In this document: piece after piece, positions 1-11,102 of the stretch | How the letters are laid out: each line of letters begins with the position of its first letter | Numbering within the stretch: the stretch's first letter is position 1 | NCBI GenBank assembly: GCA_963727445.1 | Contig: CAVSGI010000027.1 | Coordinates: forward strand, 32,001-96,000 | DNA length: 64,000 bases | Direction: 5' to 3' | Source: an uncultured delta proteobacterium | Lineage (GTDB): Bacteria; Myxococcota_A; Polyangia; Polyangiales; B10-G4 | Notes under the pieces: model-generated | Told to the model about the DNA's origin: nothing | Databases searched by the model: none | The model's input: the letters and a program-made list of their open reading frames with translations, nothing else | Program-made: the position numbers and the translations under genes

Positions 1-747
1 GATGGAGATCGCGCGCGGGCGTGGTCGCCCTCGGCCAACGCGTGCGCACCGAGCACAAGCTCAAGGTCCGCCAGCCGCTGTCGCGAGGCGATCGTGGTGG
101 TCGCAGGCGACGCGGAGCGCGCCGCCATCGAGCGCTTCACGCGACGCGATCCGCGAGGAGCTGAACGTCCAGACCCTCGAGCTTCACAGGAGCGCGGAGC
201 AGTACGTGGAGTTCAGCCTGGTGCCGAACTTCCGCGCGCTCGGGCCCAAGCTCGGCAAGCGGATGAAGGCGTGCAAGAAGGCGCTGGCCCAGGCCGACGG
301 CGCGGCCCTCAAGGCCGAGCTGGACGAGCGCGGCGAAGCCTCGCTCCCGATGCTCGACGGCGATCCGATCGAGCCTCGGTCCCGAAGAGATCGAGGTGCG
401 CCTCACGGCCAAGGAGGACTTCGCCGCCGCTGCCGAACGCGGCCGGGTGGTGGTCCTCGACACCCAGTCTCGACGACGCGCTGCGCCGCGAGGGCATGGC
501 CCGCGAGGTCGTCAACCGCATCCAGCGCGCCCGCAAGGCCGCAGACCTCGACTTCGCGGATCGGATCGCGCTGCGCTACCGCGCGGAGGGAGAGCTCGCC
601 AAGGCGCTCGAGGAGCACGCCGACAAGATCGCCGGCGAGATCCTCGCCGCGTCGTTCTCGGAGGGTGAGCTCGAGGGGGCCGAGGCGCAGCAGACCGACG
701 TCGAAGGCTCGCCGCTGACGTTCTGGCTCCGAGTTCAGCCCAAGTGA
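1..747 (+). CDS. ileS: Isoleucyl-tRNA synthetase (type 2), C-terminal part, frameshifted
   Basis: Pieces across frames: IREELNV..EFSLVPNFRALGPKLGKRMK, then LDDALRREGMAREVVNRIQRARKAADLDFADRI, typical of the IleRS2 C-terminus; 5' end outside the window; shifts near 140, 375 and 470. Confidence 0.85.
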   Translation, partial: DGDRARAWSPSANACAPSTSSRSASRCREAIVVVAGDAERAAIERFTRRDPRGAERPDPRASQERGAVRGVQPGAELPRARAQARQADEGVQEGAGPGRRRGPQGRAGRARRSLAPDARRRSDRASVPKRSRCASRPRRTSPPLPNAAGWWSSTPSLDDALRREGMAREVVNRIQRARKAADLDFADRIALRYRAEGELAKALEEHADKIAGEILAASFSEGELEGAEAQQTDVEGSPLTFWLRVQPK

Positions 748-812
748 GCCCATGGCGCCCGTGGGACACCGGCGCTAGCAGTCCGTCAAACGGGCTTTTG
801 GGGGGCTGACAC

Positions 813-3568
813 GTGCTCGAGAGGCTGCTGGGGCTGAGAGTGGAGGATCGAGGGGCGACGCTCATCGGCTTTTCGACCCTCGCCGCGATCATGGCGGGCC
901 ACGCCATGCTCGAGACCGCGCGGGACACCCTCTTTCTGACCCGCTTGCCCGTCCAGAGCCTGCCCTTCTGCTATCTGGGCATCGCGGTCCTCGCCGTCGG
1001 CGCGGCCCAGCTCAATCAGCGTCTGCCCAAACGTTGGGACAAGCGAAAGATCCTCGCTGCGACGCTCGCAGCCGCTGGCGTTGTGACCGCGGGCCTGTAC
1101 TTCGTCGTCGAGGAGGGGAGCAAGGCAAGCCTCTACGTGCTGTACGTCTGGTCGGGCTTGGTCGCGACCATCACCGTCGTTCAGACGTGGCTGATGATGG
1201 GAGAGCACGTCACCGTCTCCCAGGCCAAGCGCGTCTTCTCGGTGGTGGCGGCGGGTGCGGTGGTGGGCGCGACGCTGGGCTCGCTGGCCGCGGAGCGCAT
1301 CGTGGTCTTCCTCGAGCCGGAGGCGATGGTCATCGACGCTGGCGTGCTGTTCTTGCTGGCCGCCTTCGTTCCCGCCATCGCGGTCGCCAAGCGCCCGCAC
1401 CTCCGCGCCACCCAGCCACCGCCGGACCCGCGCACCCGCGACCTCGCAGCAGACGTGGGGATGCTCCGCAGCCAACCCTATCTCAGGCGCCTTCTGCTCC
1501 TCGTGCTGCTCTCCACCGTCGTGCTCACCGGCTCGGACTACCTGTTCAAGACGGTGATCGCGTCCGAGATCTCGCCGGAGCGCCTGCCCCTCTTCTTCGC
1601 GCGCTTCTACCTGGGCTTGAACTTCGTCGCCCTGCTGATCCAGCTCTTCCTCTCGTCGCTCCTGCTTCGAGTGCTGGGGGTCAACCGCGCCCTCCTGCTC
1701 CTGCCCATCCTCCTTCTATTCGGCGTCGCGGGCGTCGGCGCGGGCTCGGCCCTCATGAGCGTGTTGTTTCTGAAAGGCGCCGACGGGAGCCTCAGGCACT
1801 CGGTCCATCGCACCGCGACCGAGGTCCTCTTCCTCCCGCTCCCCTCCCACGTCCGCGAGCGCTTCAAAGGTGTGATCGACGCCGTCGGCCAGCGCGGCGG
1901 GCAGGCGATGGCCTCGATCGCCATCCTGGGCGCCCTCTACGTCGGCGCCGGGCCGAGGCATCTGGCCATGGCCATCGGCCTCCTCACCACGCTCTGGTTC
2001 GCCGGGGTCCTCGACATCAAGCGCCACTACCTCGACCTCTTCCGCGGCAACCTCCGCGAGGGAACCATCGAGACGCGCGTCAATCTCTCGGAGCTCGACC
2101 TGCACTCGCTCGAAGCGCTCTTCGCCGCGCTCAACAGCGAGGTGGACGCCGAGGTGCTCTCCGCCCTCGACCTCTTCCACAAACACCAGCGCATCAAGCT
2201 GGTGCCGGTGCTCCTGCTCTTTCATCCCTCGAGCGCAGTGGTGCTCCGCACCCTCGAGCTCTTCGTGGATGGGGGCCGAACCGACTACGAGCCCTTCGCG
2301 CGGCGGCTCCTCACGAGCGACGATGGTGAGATTCGCGCGGCGGCGCTTCGGTCCCTCGTCGCCATCGGTGTCGAGGAGGAGCTCCTCCGCGCGCTCCTGT
2401 CGGACCCCGAGCCCCTGGTGCATGCCACGGCCCTGGTGGGGCTCTTGTCGCGCAGCGGCGCGCGCGACCCGAAGCTGACGGCCGACCTCGAGGGGCACCT
2501 CAGCGATCCGGACGCCGAGGTCCGCCGCGCGATGGCGAGCGCCATTCGATATCAGAAGGATCACTCCTTCGCGCGCGCGCTGATCGCCCTTTCGCGGTGC
2601 CCCGAGCGCGAGGTGAAGCTCGAGGTCGCCCGGGCGATGACGGCCATGCCCGACGCCAAGTACCTCGACACGCTCCTCGTGATGCTCGCCGACAGTCGAC
2701 TCAGACCGGAGGCACGCAAGGCCATCGTCGGGACCGGTCCCGTCGCTCTCTACTTCCTCGACGAAGCGCTTCGGGATCGCTCGCTGCCCCGCCGGGTCCG
2801 CCGCCACATCCCCCGCTCCATCAGCCGATTCGAACCGAAGGAGGCCTCGGAGGTCCTCCTGTCGCACCTCGCCGATGAGGAAGACGAAGCGGTGAGCTTC
2901 AAGAATCCTCCGCGGGCTCGGCCGCCTGCGCACGGAAAACCCGGAGCTCATCCTCGACAGGCACCTCCTCGAAGACATCTGTCGGCGATACCTCCAGCAG
3001 CTCATCCAATCGCTGGCGTTCCGCCTCGCGATGGAGGCCGCGCACGCGGAAGAGCCCGGGCGCAAGACGCGCGGGGGAGAGCTCTTGCGCAGCATCCTCC
3101 TCGAAAAGGAACGCAACCTCTTCGAAAGAGTGTTCCGGGTGCTCGGGCTCCTCGAGCCCGACGAGGACTTCGAGCTCATCTTCCGCGGGCTCACCCGGCG
3201 CGGCAAGAGCGCGCGCGCGCAGAGCCGCGAGCTCCTCGACTACGCCCTCAAAGGCGATCTGCGAAGCGCTCTGCTCGCCCTGACCGATGACGCGCCGGAC
3301 GCCGAACGCCTCGCTGCGGCGGCTGCCGCCACTGGCTTCGCTCCCACGCCGCCGAGCTACGAGCACCTGCTCCTGACCATGCTCGGCGACCCGAGCGAGG
3401 CGGTTCAGAGCGTCGCCGCGTACCACATCGCGGAGCTCGGTCTGACGGATCTCGATCGCCGACCTCGAGAAGGCCCGCGGCAAGAGCGAGACGTTCCTGG
3501 GAGAGGTCGTGGATCGCGCCCTCATCACGCTCGGCCAGAGCGCGTCGGAGGGCCCTCGTGCCGTCTGA
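813..3568 (+). CDS. NTT/TLC-like (Npt1/Npt2) MFS transporter fused to HEAT repeats, frameshifted
   Basis: About 12 TM N-terminal half with ETARDTLFL, QAKRVF, DYLFK, LRHSVHRTATEVLFLP motifs, then HEAT repeats; ORF 813-3290 continues in the 3031 frame after a shift near 2905 and, after a second shift near 3460, ends at TGA 3566-3568. Confidence 0.75.
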
Positions 3569-4529
3569 ATCGGTCGACACCATCGTCCCGCGGCCAACGC
3601 GCATGGGTGTCGGGCAGATGGAGCGTCTCTTGATCCTCCGCTCCTTCCCGGGTTTTGCAGAGCTCCCGCCCGAGATGGTGAACGTCCTCGCCGACAACAC
3701 CCGCGAGCGCTTCTTCCCCCGCGGCAGCCACCTCTTCCACGCCGAGCGCCCCGTCGAGGCTCTCCAGTTCGTCGTCGAGGGGCGCATCGAGCTCTTGCGT
3801 CGCGGCCACCGCTACCGCGAGCTCGGGCCGAGGAGCGCAGTGGGCGGCATCGCCGCCTTCGCCCGCGATCTCCACGGCTACGACGTCATCGCTCTCGAGG
3901 ACTGCATCACACTCGAGCAGCGCATCGACGACGCCGTGGACATCTTCGAGGATCACTTCCCCATCCTCCGCGGGGTCCTCCGCGCCGTCGCCCACGAGGT
4001 CATGCAGCTGCGTCGCCACGCCGACGACAAGGCCGGGTTCGTCGAGACCCTGGACCCCGGCCCAGCATGGCCCGAAGCGCCACTCGACTTCGTCGAGCGT
4101 ATGGCGCTCATCCGCGACACGATGACCTTCGCGCGGACGCGCGTCGAAGCCATCGCCGACCTCGCCCGCGAGGCGCAGGAGGTGCGGGTCTCGGCTGGCG
4201 AAGACCTCTGGACCGAGGGAGATCCGTCGGCCGAGATGTACATCCTCATCTGTGGCACCGTGGACTGCCGGACGGCCGAGGGACAGAGCTTTCGCTTCGG
4301 ACCGGGGGACGTCATCGGTGCGCTCGACGCGCTCGCCGCCGAACCCCGTTGGTTCACCCCGACCGTGCGTCACGACCTGTTGGCGCTACGGATCTCGAAC
4401 GAGTCGATGTACGACGTCTTCGAAGACAACTTCGACATCGCCATGGACCTCCTCGAAGGGATGGCCAAGGCGGTCATGGCCATGTCGGACGCGCAGGCAG
4501 GTCTGTCGCCAGACCCGAGCGAGGGCTGA
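3558..4529 (+). CDS. Tandem cyclic-nucleotide-binding domain protein
   Basis: Two cNMP-like repeats (RERFFPRGSHLFHAE..FVVEGRIEL; EVRVSAGEDLWTEGDPS..YILICGTV..GPGDVIG); start overlaps the upstream gene's end. Confidence 0.8.
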   Translation: MPSESVDTIVPRPTRMGVGQMERLLILRSFPGFAELPPEMVNVLADNTRERFFPRGSHLFHAERPVEALQFVVEGRIELLRRGHRYRELGPRSAVGGIAAFARDLHGYDVIALEDCITLEQRIDDAVDIFEDHFPILRGVLRAVAHEVMQLRRHADDKAGFVETLDPGPAWPEAPLDFVERMALIRDTMTFARTRVEAIADLAREAQEVRVSAGEDLWTEGDPSAEMYILICGTVDCRTAEGQSFRFGPGDVIGALDALAAEPRWFTPTVRHDLLALRISNESMYDVFEDNFDIAMDLLEGMAKAVMAMSDAQAGLSPDPSEG

Positions 4530-4534
4530 GGAGC

Positions 4535-4759
4535 TCAGCCCCCCGAGTCTGGAGCGTCGGCGGCCGCGTCGACCGCACCGTCCGTTGCTCCATCCACCAC
4601 CGGGCGGGCGTAGCAACGGTCGTCGGCGCGACACTCGAAGTCCGGCGGACAGTCATCGTCCGCTGTGCAGGCAAAGATGCCCTCCGGCGCGTGGACGCTC
4701 GTCGAGCAGCCCCCGAAGAGGGCGACGAAGGCCAACCCCATCCCGAAGGCGCGCCTCAA
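4535..4759 (-). CDS. Small Cys-rich lipoprotein
   Basis: Lipobox-like LFGGC then FACTADDDCPPDFECRADDRCY; TTG start overlapping the upstream TGA (alternative ATG at 4741). Confidence 0.55.
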   Translation of the reverse strand: MRRAFGMGLAFVALFGGCSTSVHAPEGIFACTADDDCPPDFECRADDRCYARPVVDGATDGAVDAAADAPDSGG

Positions 4760-5217
4760 AACCGGCCTCTCAAGACCGCCCCCGTGGGACCGAGGTCGAG
4801 GTCGAGGCTCGCCGTCCCGAAGGGGTCGGGGTTGGCGTCGGCGAGCGCGAGGATGAACCAGGTCAGGCCTGCGCCGAGGACGATCAGCCCCGACGCCAAC
4901 ATGACCTGTCCGACCCCCAGGAAGATCGGTGCGCGGTCCGCCTGGCTGGCGTAGTCGTCCCAACGCGCGCCGTCGGGGGCGCCTTCGACCGCTCGCTTGT
5001 CCGCGCTTCCCACCAAGAAGAGGGTGAGCCCGCCGCCCGTCACCAGCGCTCCCGCGCTCATCATCAGGATCGGGCCCAGGATGTCGTGACGCGGCGCCGC
5101 CTCCGTCTCCCTCGACTCGGTCTCGCCGCGATCCTGAGCGCGCGCTGGCGACACCGAGCACAGGATGACCAAGGCGACCGGGAGCGCGACCAGACGCGCG
5201 GCGAGCCCCCGCATCAT
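4756..5217 (-). CDS. Hypothetical exported/membrane protein
   Basis: Signal peptide (..SPARA-Q), two hydrophobic helices, C-terminal GAVLRGRF; ATG overlaps the lgt stop. Confidence 0.65.
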   Translation of the reverse strand: MMRGLAARLVALPVALVILCSVSPARAQDRGETESRETEAAPRHDILGPILMMSAGALVTGGGLTLFLVGSADKRAVEGAPDGARWDDYASQADRAPIFLGVGQVMLASGLIVLGAGLTWFILALADANPDPFGTASLDLDLGPTGAVLRGRF

Positions 5218-6158
5218 GCGGGCGCCATCGCCGACCGCTGCTTCAGGAAGCGGAAGAGGCCGATGCACAGCGCCACCACACCCAGGCCGATGAGCTGACT
5301 GGTGCTGAAGGGCCCCACTCCGCCGCGATCGTCGGCGCGGTAGTACTCGAGGACGAAGCGCAGGAGCGCGTAGCAGGCGAGGAAAGCGAGGAAGACCGCC
5401 CCGTCGAAGCGCTTGCGCGGGTGAACGACGAACATCATCAGCGCCGCGATGCCGAGACAGCCCAGGGCTTCGTAGAGCTGCGTCGGATGGACCGGGAGCG
5501 ACTCGAGGCCGGGGGCTGGCAGGTCCCCAGCCTTGAACTGCGATTCGCTCGCCGCCGACCACGGGGGGAAGCGGACGCGAAAGGGGTCGGTGTGGGTGAT
5601 GGAGCCGAAGCAGCAGCCGCCCAGAAAGCACCCCAGGCGGCCGAAGAAGAGCCCGAGCGGGATCACCATGCCCGCCATGTCCGCGGCCTTGAGCATCGGA
5701 AAGTTCTCGCGCTTCAGGAACCACAGACCGAAAACCGATGCCGCGATCAAGCCGCCGTAATAAGTGAGCCCCCCACGCCAGAACGCCGCCCAGGCGAAGC
5801 AGTCGCTCTCGGCGGGCCGGCAGACCTCGGCGGCCGCGTCCCACACGCCCTCGATGTCCTGGCATTGGAGCTCGGTGATCTGCCAGGCGACCTGGGAAGG
5901 GTCGGTGCACAGGTGCACGTAGTCCCAGAAGTAGCCGTCGGCGATGACGTGAAGAATGCGCGCGCCGGCGACGCCTGCGATGAGCGAGAAGAGGCCCAGG
6001 TCGATGATCGATTCGTGATCGAGCTTGCTGCGCTTCGCCCAGCGCGCACCCAAGAAGGTGGCGAGGCTGAAGCCGATCACCAGCATGGTGAAGTAGGCCG
6101 GGAGGGCCTGCCCCTCCATGAATTGTCCGAGATAGTCTTCGAAGAACTGGCCGTTCAC
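5214..6158 (-). CDS. lgt: Prolipoprotein diacylglyceryl transferase
   Basis: GARILHV, WRGGLTYYGG, GRLGCFLGGCCFG, HPTQLYE, RFVLEYYR motifs. Confidence 0.93.
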   Translation of the reverse strand: MNGQFFEDYLGQFMEGQALPAYFTMLVIGFSLATFLGARWAKRSKLDHESIIDLGLFSLIAGVAGARILHVIADGYFWDYVHLCTDPSQVAWQITELQCQDIEGVWDAAAEVCRPAESDCFAWAAFWRGGLTYYGGLIAASVFGLWFLKRENFPMLKAADMAGMVIPLGLFFGRLGCFLGGCCFGSITHTDPFRVRFPPWSAASESQFKAGDLPAPGLESLPVHPTQLYEALGCLGIAALMMFVVHPRKRFDGAVFLAFLACYALLRFVLEYYRADDRGGVGPFSTSQLIGLGVVALCIGLFRFLKQRSAMAPA

Positions 6159-6925
6159 GGCTCCGCCGCGCCAGGGGATGGTTCGACCTGGGGAGCGCTC
6201 TTCGGCTCCTCTTCGCCTTCGTCTTCGTCTTCTTCGGCGTCCTCGTCTTCTTCGGCGTCAGCCGTCTTCGCCGCCTTTTCCTTGCTGGCGCGCTCGTCCT
6301 TGGCCTTCTCTTCGCGACTCTCGCGGAAGCCGTCGAGAACGAGGAGGATGACACCGACCGTGATGCCGCAGTCGGCGATGTTGAAGGTCGGCCACTCCCA
6401 TCCGTCCTGTAAGTGGAAGCGTATGAAGTCCACCACGTAGCCGTAGCGCACGCGGTCCACCAGGTTCCCGAGAGCGCCCGAGACGATCATCGGCACGCTC
6501 CACGCGAAGAGCGTGTGCCCTCTGCCGCGTATGAACATCATGAAGAGCACGACGCTCGCGGCGGCGGCCGCCACGCCGAACACCGCCTTGCGCGCGATGG
6601 GCGGCGCGTCCCGGAGCAGGCCGAATGCCGCGCCGCAGTTCTCGGCGTAGCGGAACATCAGGTAGCCATCGACGACCACCACCTCGTCGGTGCGCACCCG
6701 CTGGGTCGCGACCCGCCCGTACTCGTCGGGCTCGCAAACGGGCGGAGGCTCGCCGAAGCGCTCGGTCGACAGGGTGCTCTCCGCCCACTGCTTGGAGCCG
6801 AGATCCATCGCCAAGAGCGCGAGGGTGGCCGCGGCGCAGATGATGATCGCACGCCGGCTCCGGGGCTCGGGCGCCGGAGGCGTGGGGCGCCGCCGCGCGC
6901 TCGACTCTTTCTTCTTCTTCGTCAC
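6155..6925 (-). CDS. lspA: Signal peptidase II
   Basis: DLGSK, NCGAAFG, GALGNLVDR..GYVVDF, PTFNIAD motifs; acidic tail. Confidence 0.95.
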   Translation of the reverse strand: MTKKKKESSARRRPTPPAPEPRSRRAIIICAAATLALLAMDLGSKQWAESTLSTERFGEPPPVCEPDEYGRVATQRVRTDEVVVVDGYLMFRYAENCGAAFGLLRDAPPIARKAVFGVAAAAASVVLFMMFIRGRGHTLFAWSVPMIVSGALGNLVDRVRYGYVVDFIRFHLQDGWEWPTFNIADCGITVGVILLVLDGFRESREEKAKDERASKEKAAKTADAEEDEDAEEDEDEGEEEPKSAPQVEPSPGAAEP

Positions 6926-6938
6926 GTCGGAGCTCGCG

Positions 6939-7466
6939 TCACTGGTAGCGCAGGATCACGTGGTAGCCGAAAGGCGTCTCCACCACGTCCGAGATGCCGC
7001 CCACCTCGAGCCCGAAGGCCGCCTGCTCGAAGGCGGGGTGCATCCGGCCGCGCGGAAAGGGGCCGAGGTCGCCGCCGCGCGTACGCGTGGGGCCGTCGCT
7101 GTACTCCGCCGCGAGGGCCTCGAAGTCCTCGCCGTCGCGGGCCTTGGCCAGCACCTCGCGCGCGCGCGCCAGGGCCTCGTCCTTGGAGCGCTCGATGGTC
7201 GGCGCCGCGCGAGTGGAACCCTGATACTGAATCAGGATGTGGCGCGCGGCGATGGTCTCGCCGCTTGGCGCCGGGGTGGGCGTCGGCGTGGGGGTGGGCG
7301 TCGGCGCAGGGGTCGGCGCGGGCGCCGGCGTGGGGGACGGTGCTTCGAGACGGACCGTCGTGGCCGCAGGGCGCGCCCCCCCAGGGGAGGAGTCGTCCTC
7401 CGAGGTGAAGAAGGGACAGCCAGCGAGGGTCATCGAAAGACCCAGGATGGTGACGAGTCTGAGCAT
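6939..7466 (-). CDS. Parvulin-type peptidyl-prolyl isomerase lipoprotein
   Basis: LAGC lipobox, PT linker, ARHILI, FEALAAEYSD, GGDLG, VETPFGYHVI. Confidence 0.9.
   Translation of the reverse strand: MLRLVTILGLSMTLAGCPFFTSEDDSSPGGARPAATTVRLEAPSPTPAPAPTPAPTPTPTPTPTPAPSGETIAARHILIQYQGSTRAAPTIERSKDEALARAREVLAKARDGEDFEALAAEYSDGPTRTRGGDLGPFPRGRMHPAFEQAAFGLEVGGISDVVETPFGYHVILRYQ
7268..7337 (-). repeat. Pro-Thr/Pro-Ala coding low-complexity linker
   Basis: PSPTPAPAPTPAPTPTPTPTPTPAP encoded by imperfect 6-bp units. Confidence 0.8.
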
Positions 7467-7530
7467 CGGGCCGGGAGGTTATAGCGCGGGCTGGGTCGGC
7501 GCCAGGCCAGACGCTATTTTTGCCCCCCGC

Positions 7531-8056
7531 TCAGAGCCCGGCCCAGGCGAGGCGGCCGCGGAGGCCCAGCTCGCTCATGTAGCCCACCTCGACGGAGGCG
7601 ATCTTGCCGTCCTCGTCCACCACGAAGGTGGTGGGGAAGGAGCCGACCCCCCAGCTCTCCGCCAGGGCCCCGTCGGGATCGATCACGATGGGCATCGACA
7701 GCCCGTTGTCGGCCGCGTATTGGGCCACGGCTGGCACGCCGCCGGACTCGGTCGCGATGGCGATCATCCGGTGGTCCTCGGCCACCGCCTTGATGTTGTG
7801 CTCCTCCGCTTTGCAGACGCCGCACCAGGTCGCGAAGAAGTGGACGACCACCGGCTCTCCCTGAAGCGCCGCCAGAATCGACGCTCGCTCCGTCGATGGC
7901 GCGTGCGGCGAGCGCAGGTGCGTCTCCGCGCACCGCGTTGCGCGTCTGGTAGGCGCGGATGGCGATCACCGCGACCACAACCACGAGCACCTGGAAGGCG
8001 ATGCCCGCGGCCTTGCTCTTGCGAAGCTTCGCCAGCTTTGCGCCGATGGTGGCCAC
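7531..8056 (-). CDS. Thioredoxin-like (TlpA-type) disulfide oxidoreductase, frameshifted
   Basis: N-terminal TM in the 7514..8092 frame, FFATWCGVC and SFPTTFVVDEDGKI in the 7531 frame; shift near 7860-7885. Confidence 0.8.
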
Positions 8057-8113
8057 GACGACTTCTTTAGGGCCGATAGGGGCTCGCCGCAACGAGACCG
8101 TGCGGCTCCGGGC

Positions 8114-9827
8114 TCAGCCCTCCCCGGCGTCTGCCACGTCCGAGCCCTTGGCGCTTTGACCGGGGAAGAAGCCGTGGGTGATCCGCGGTCCCGCCGGACG
8201 GGAGAGCTTGCCGCCGGGCGCGAAGGACAGGACGCTGCTCTTGAGCTCGTCCTCGGGGGGCGCCGCGTGCGGAGGCACCGCGACCGCCTCCGCCATCGAT
8301 GCGACGTGCAAGGTCTGCGTCGGGAACGCGAACTCCACCTTCAACGCCTCGGCCAGGCGGAGAAACTCGAGGAAGACGTTGTGGCGCTCGCGCAGCTCTG
8401 CGGACCAGGAATCGACCTCGAAGAAGAAGTAGAGCATCACGTCGAGGGACGCCGCGCCGAAGCCGGCGAAGTGCACTTCGAAGTAGTCCTGACGCACGAC
8501 GGGGTTCGCCTTGAGGATGGCCCGGCAGCCGTCGCAGAAGGCCTGAATCTGCTCCGGCGTGGTGTCATAGGTCAGCCCCAACGTGATCGAGCAGCGGCGG
8601 AATTCGCGCTCGCCGTAGTTGTCGACGGCGGTGGTGGTGATGAGCGAGTTGGGGAAGGTGATGAGCGAATTGTAGAAGGTGCGAACGCGCGTCGAGCGCA
8701 TCCCCACCTCCTCCACTACTCCTTCGATGTCGCCCAGCTTGACCCAGTCGCCCACGTGGAACGGCCGGTCGGCGAAGATGCTCACCGAACCGAAGAGGTT
8801 CGCGATCATGTCCTTGGCCGCGAAGGAGATGGCCAGGGTTCCGACCGTGCCCATCGCCAGGAGGCTGGTCACGTCGACGTCCATGTTCTGCAGAACGAAG
8901 ATGACGCCGATGACGACGACGATGGCCTTCACCGAGCGTCGCACCAGCGGCACCAGCTGGTCGTCGAGCTTCGTCTCGGTCCCTTCGGCCTTGCGCGCGA
9001 AGAGGTCGGCGACGACGTCGACGATGCGGTAGAGCACGATGACCGCCGAGACCGCCGCCACCACCCGGATGCAGGCGAAGAGCACCTGGTTGGTGTGCGC
9101 GCCGAAGCTCAGGAAGCGGACGGACCACCAGAGGATGCCCGCCATCGCGATGGTGCCGATGGGGATGGACGCCTTGCCCACCAGGTCGGCGCTCGCGCGG
9201 AGCCCGGCGCGCTCGAGGAGCCGCGTCCCGTAATTCGACACCGCCCAACCGACGACGAGCCGAGCGACGAAGGCCACCAGAAGCGACAGGACCGCGCCGA
9301 AGATCTGCCACCACGCGACGCCGAAGAGCGGCCGCGTGCGCATCCACGCAGGAAGGGACTGAACGATCTCGTCGACGTCGAAAGGACGTTCGGCCTCGTA
9401 GATCGCATCGATGGTGCGAATGGAGGCCTCGCTCATCACCCACCGGCCCTCCGAGGTGCGCACGAGGTAGAGCTCGGGGAAGCGCGTGTCGAAGAGCTTC
9501 ACGCGCCGCTCGCCGCCGCCGTCGAGGTCGGAGGAGATCGAATCGGGATCGATCGGCGCGCCGGCGAGAGCCAGGGCGGTCAGGAGGCGCTCGGCTTTCT
9601 GGACCCGATCGCGCTCGGGCACGTCGGCGCCGCGCCAGTCGAAGCACTCGATGGCCGCGGTCGGGGTGATAGCTGTCGCTGTGCAGATTCTCGACCCAGG
9701 TGGCTACGGCTGCGCGAGGCGTCGAGCAGTCGGGCGTCTGTGCGACGGCGCGCGGGGGCATCGAGAGCAGCGCGACGATGAACGTCACCGCCGCGACAAA
9801 GAGCGTGAAGGTGGCTTTCTGCGTCAT
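8114..9827 (-). CDS. MscS-family mechanosensitive channel with periplasmic N-terminal extension, frameshifted
   Basis: ISFAAKDMIANLFG..DRPFHVGDWV..GVVEEVGMRSTRVRT..FAFPTQTL; signal peptide and STPRAAV in another frame, shift near 9660. Confidence 0.88.
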
Positions 9828-9861
9828 TGCGGCGGGAGAATACACGTTCTGCGGCGCGCGT

Positions 9862-11055
9862 TCAGACGAGCAATTTCAGCCGATCCAGCATGAAATCGCG
9901 GGCGACGACCATGTAGTGGACCTCGTCCGGGCCATCGGCGATGCGTGCGGCGCGCGCGCCGCGATACCAGGAGGCGAAGGGCATGTCGTCGCTGTAGCCG
10001 AGACCACCGTGGAGCTGGATGGCGTCGTCGAGGACCTTGCAGAGCGTCTGCGCGACGTGGACCTTGGCCATCGACGAATACGGGCGAGCCGCCTTGCCCT
10101 CGCCGCGCGAGAGCATCCACGCGCAGTGCATCGTCATCATGTTCCCCGCATGGATCGCCATCGCGTTCTCCGCGAGCTTGAGCTGCACCATCTGATGGCG
10201 CGCGAGGATCTTCCCGAAGCTCTGCCGCGTGCCCAGATACTGGCGGCAGAGCTCCATCGCCCGGTCCGCCATCCCGAGCCAGCGCATGCAGTGGGTGAGG
10301 CGCGCAGGCACCAGGCGCTTCTGCGCCAGCATGAAGCCCTCGCCGATCTCGCCGAGGACCGCGTCTTCGTTCACGCGCACCCCGTGAAACTTCATCTCCG
10401 CCTCCCGGTGGGCGAGGAGCGGCTCGCTCATCACCGAGACGTCGCGCACGTGCTCGACACCCTCGGCGTTCCGGTCGACGACGAACATCGAGGCGCCGGT
10501 CTTCGGGTCGTCGCTGGTGCGCGCCATCACGATGAGGAAGGCCGCGTCGCGGCCGCCGGTCGTGTACCACTTGTGTCCGTCGATCACCCACGCGTCGCCG
10601 TCCTTCACGGCCCGCGTGGCGAGGTTGCTCGGGTCGGCGCCCGCGCCCGGCGCGGGCTCGGTCATCGAAAAGGCGCTGGTGATCTCGCCAGCGCAGAGCG
10701 GCGCCAGATACTTTTCGCGCACCACGTCGCTCGCCGTCGTGAGCAACAGATCCATGTTGCCCTGGTCTGGCGCGTCACAGTTGAACACGCGCGCCCCCAC
10801 GGGCGAGCGGCCCATCTCGCGAAACGCGACGCACATCCCGAGCGGGCCGAGGTTCTGGCCGCCCAGCGCCTGAGGAAGATGCGGCGTCCAAAGTCCCTCG
10901 TCGCGCGCCTTCTGCTGGAGCGCCCGCAGGCGGTCGGACTTTCCTTCTCGGTCCTCGGCGATGATCTCCGCCTCGGCGCAGAGGACGTGGGCGTCGACGA
11001 ACGAGCGGACCTTCTGGCGAAGCTCGGCGAGCTCCGGCGACAGCTCGAAATTCAT
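9862..11055 (-). CDS. Acyl-CoA dehydrogenase
   Basis: FNCDAPDQGNM, AFSMTEP, IDGHKWY, AIQLHGGLG, RIADGPDEVH. Confidence 0.95.
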   Translation of the reverse strand: MNFELSPELAELRQKVRSFVDAHVLCAEAEIIAEDREGKSDRLRALQQKARDEGLWTPHLPQALGGQNLGPLGMCVAFREMGRSPVGARVFNCDAPDQGNMDLLLTTASDVVREKYLAPLCAGEITSAFSMTEPAPGAGADPSNLATRAVKDGDAWVIDGHKWYTTGGRDAAFLIVMARTSDDPKTGASMFVVDRNAEGVEHVRDVSVMSEPLLAHREAEMKFHGVRVNEDAVLGEIGEGFMLAQKRLVPARLTHCMRWLGMADRAMELCRQYLGTRQSFGKILARHQMVQLKLAENAMAIHAGNMMTMHCAWMLSRGEGKAARPYSSMAKVHVAQTLCKVLDDAIQLHGGLGYSDDMPFASWYRGARAARIADGPDEVHYMVVARDFMLDRLKLLV

Positions 11056-11102
11056 GGCACTCTCCCGTGCCCACCGACGGGTGGGCTCCGAGGAGGTACC
11101 AC

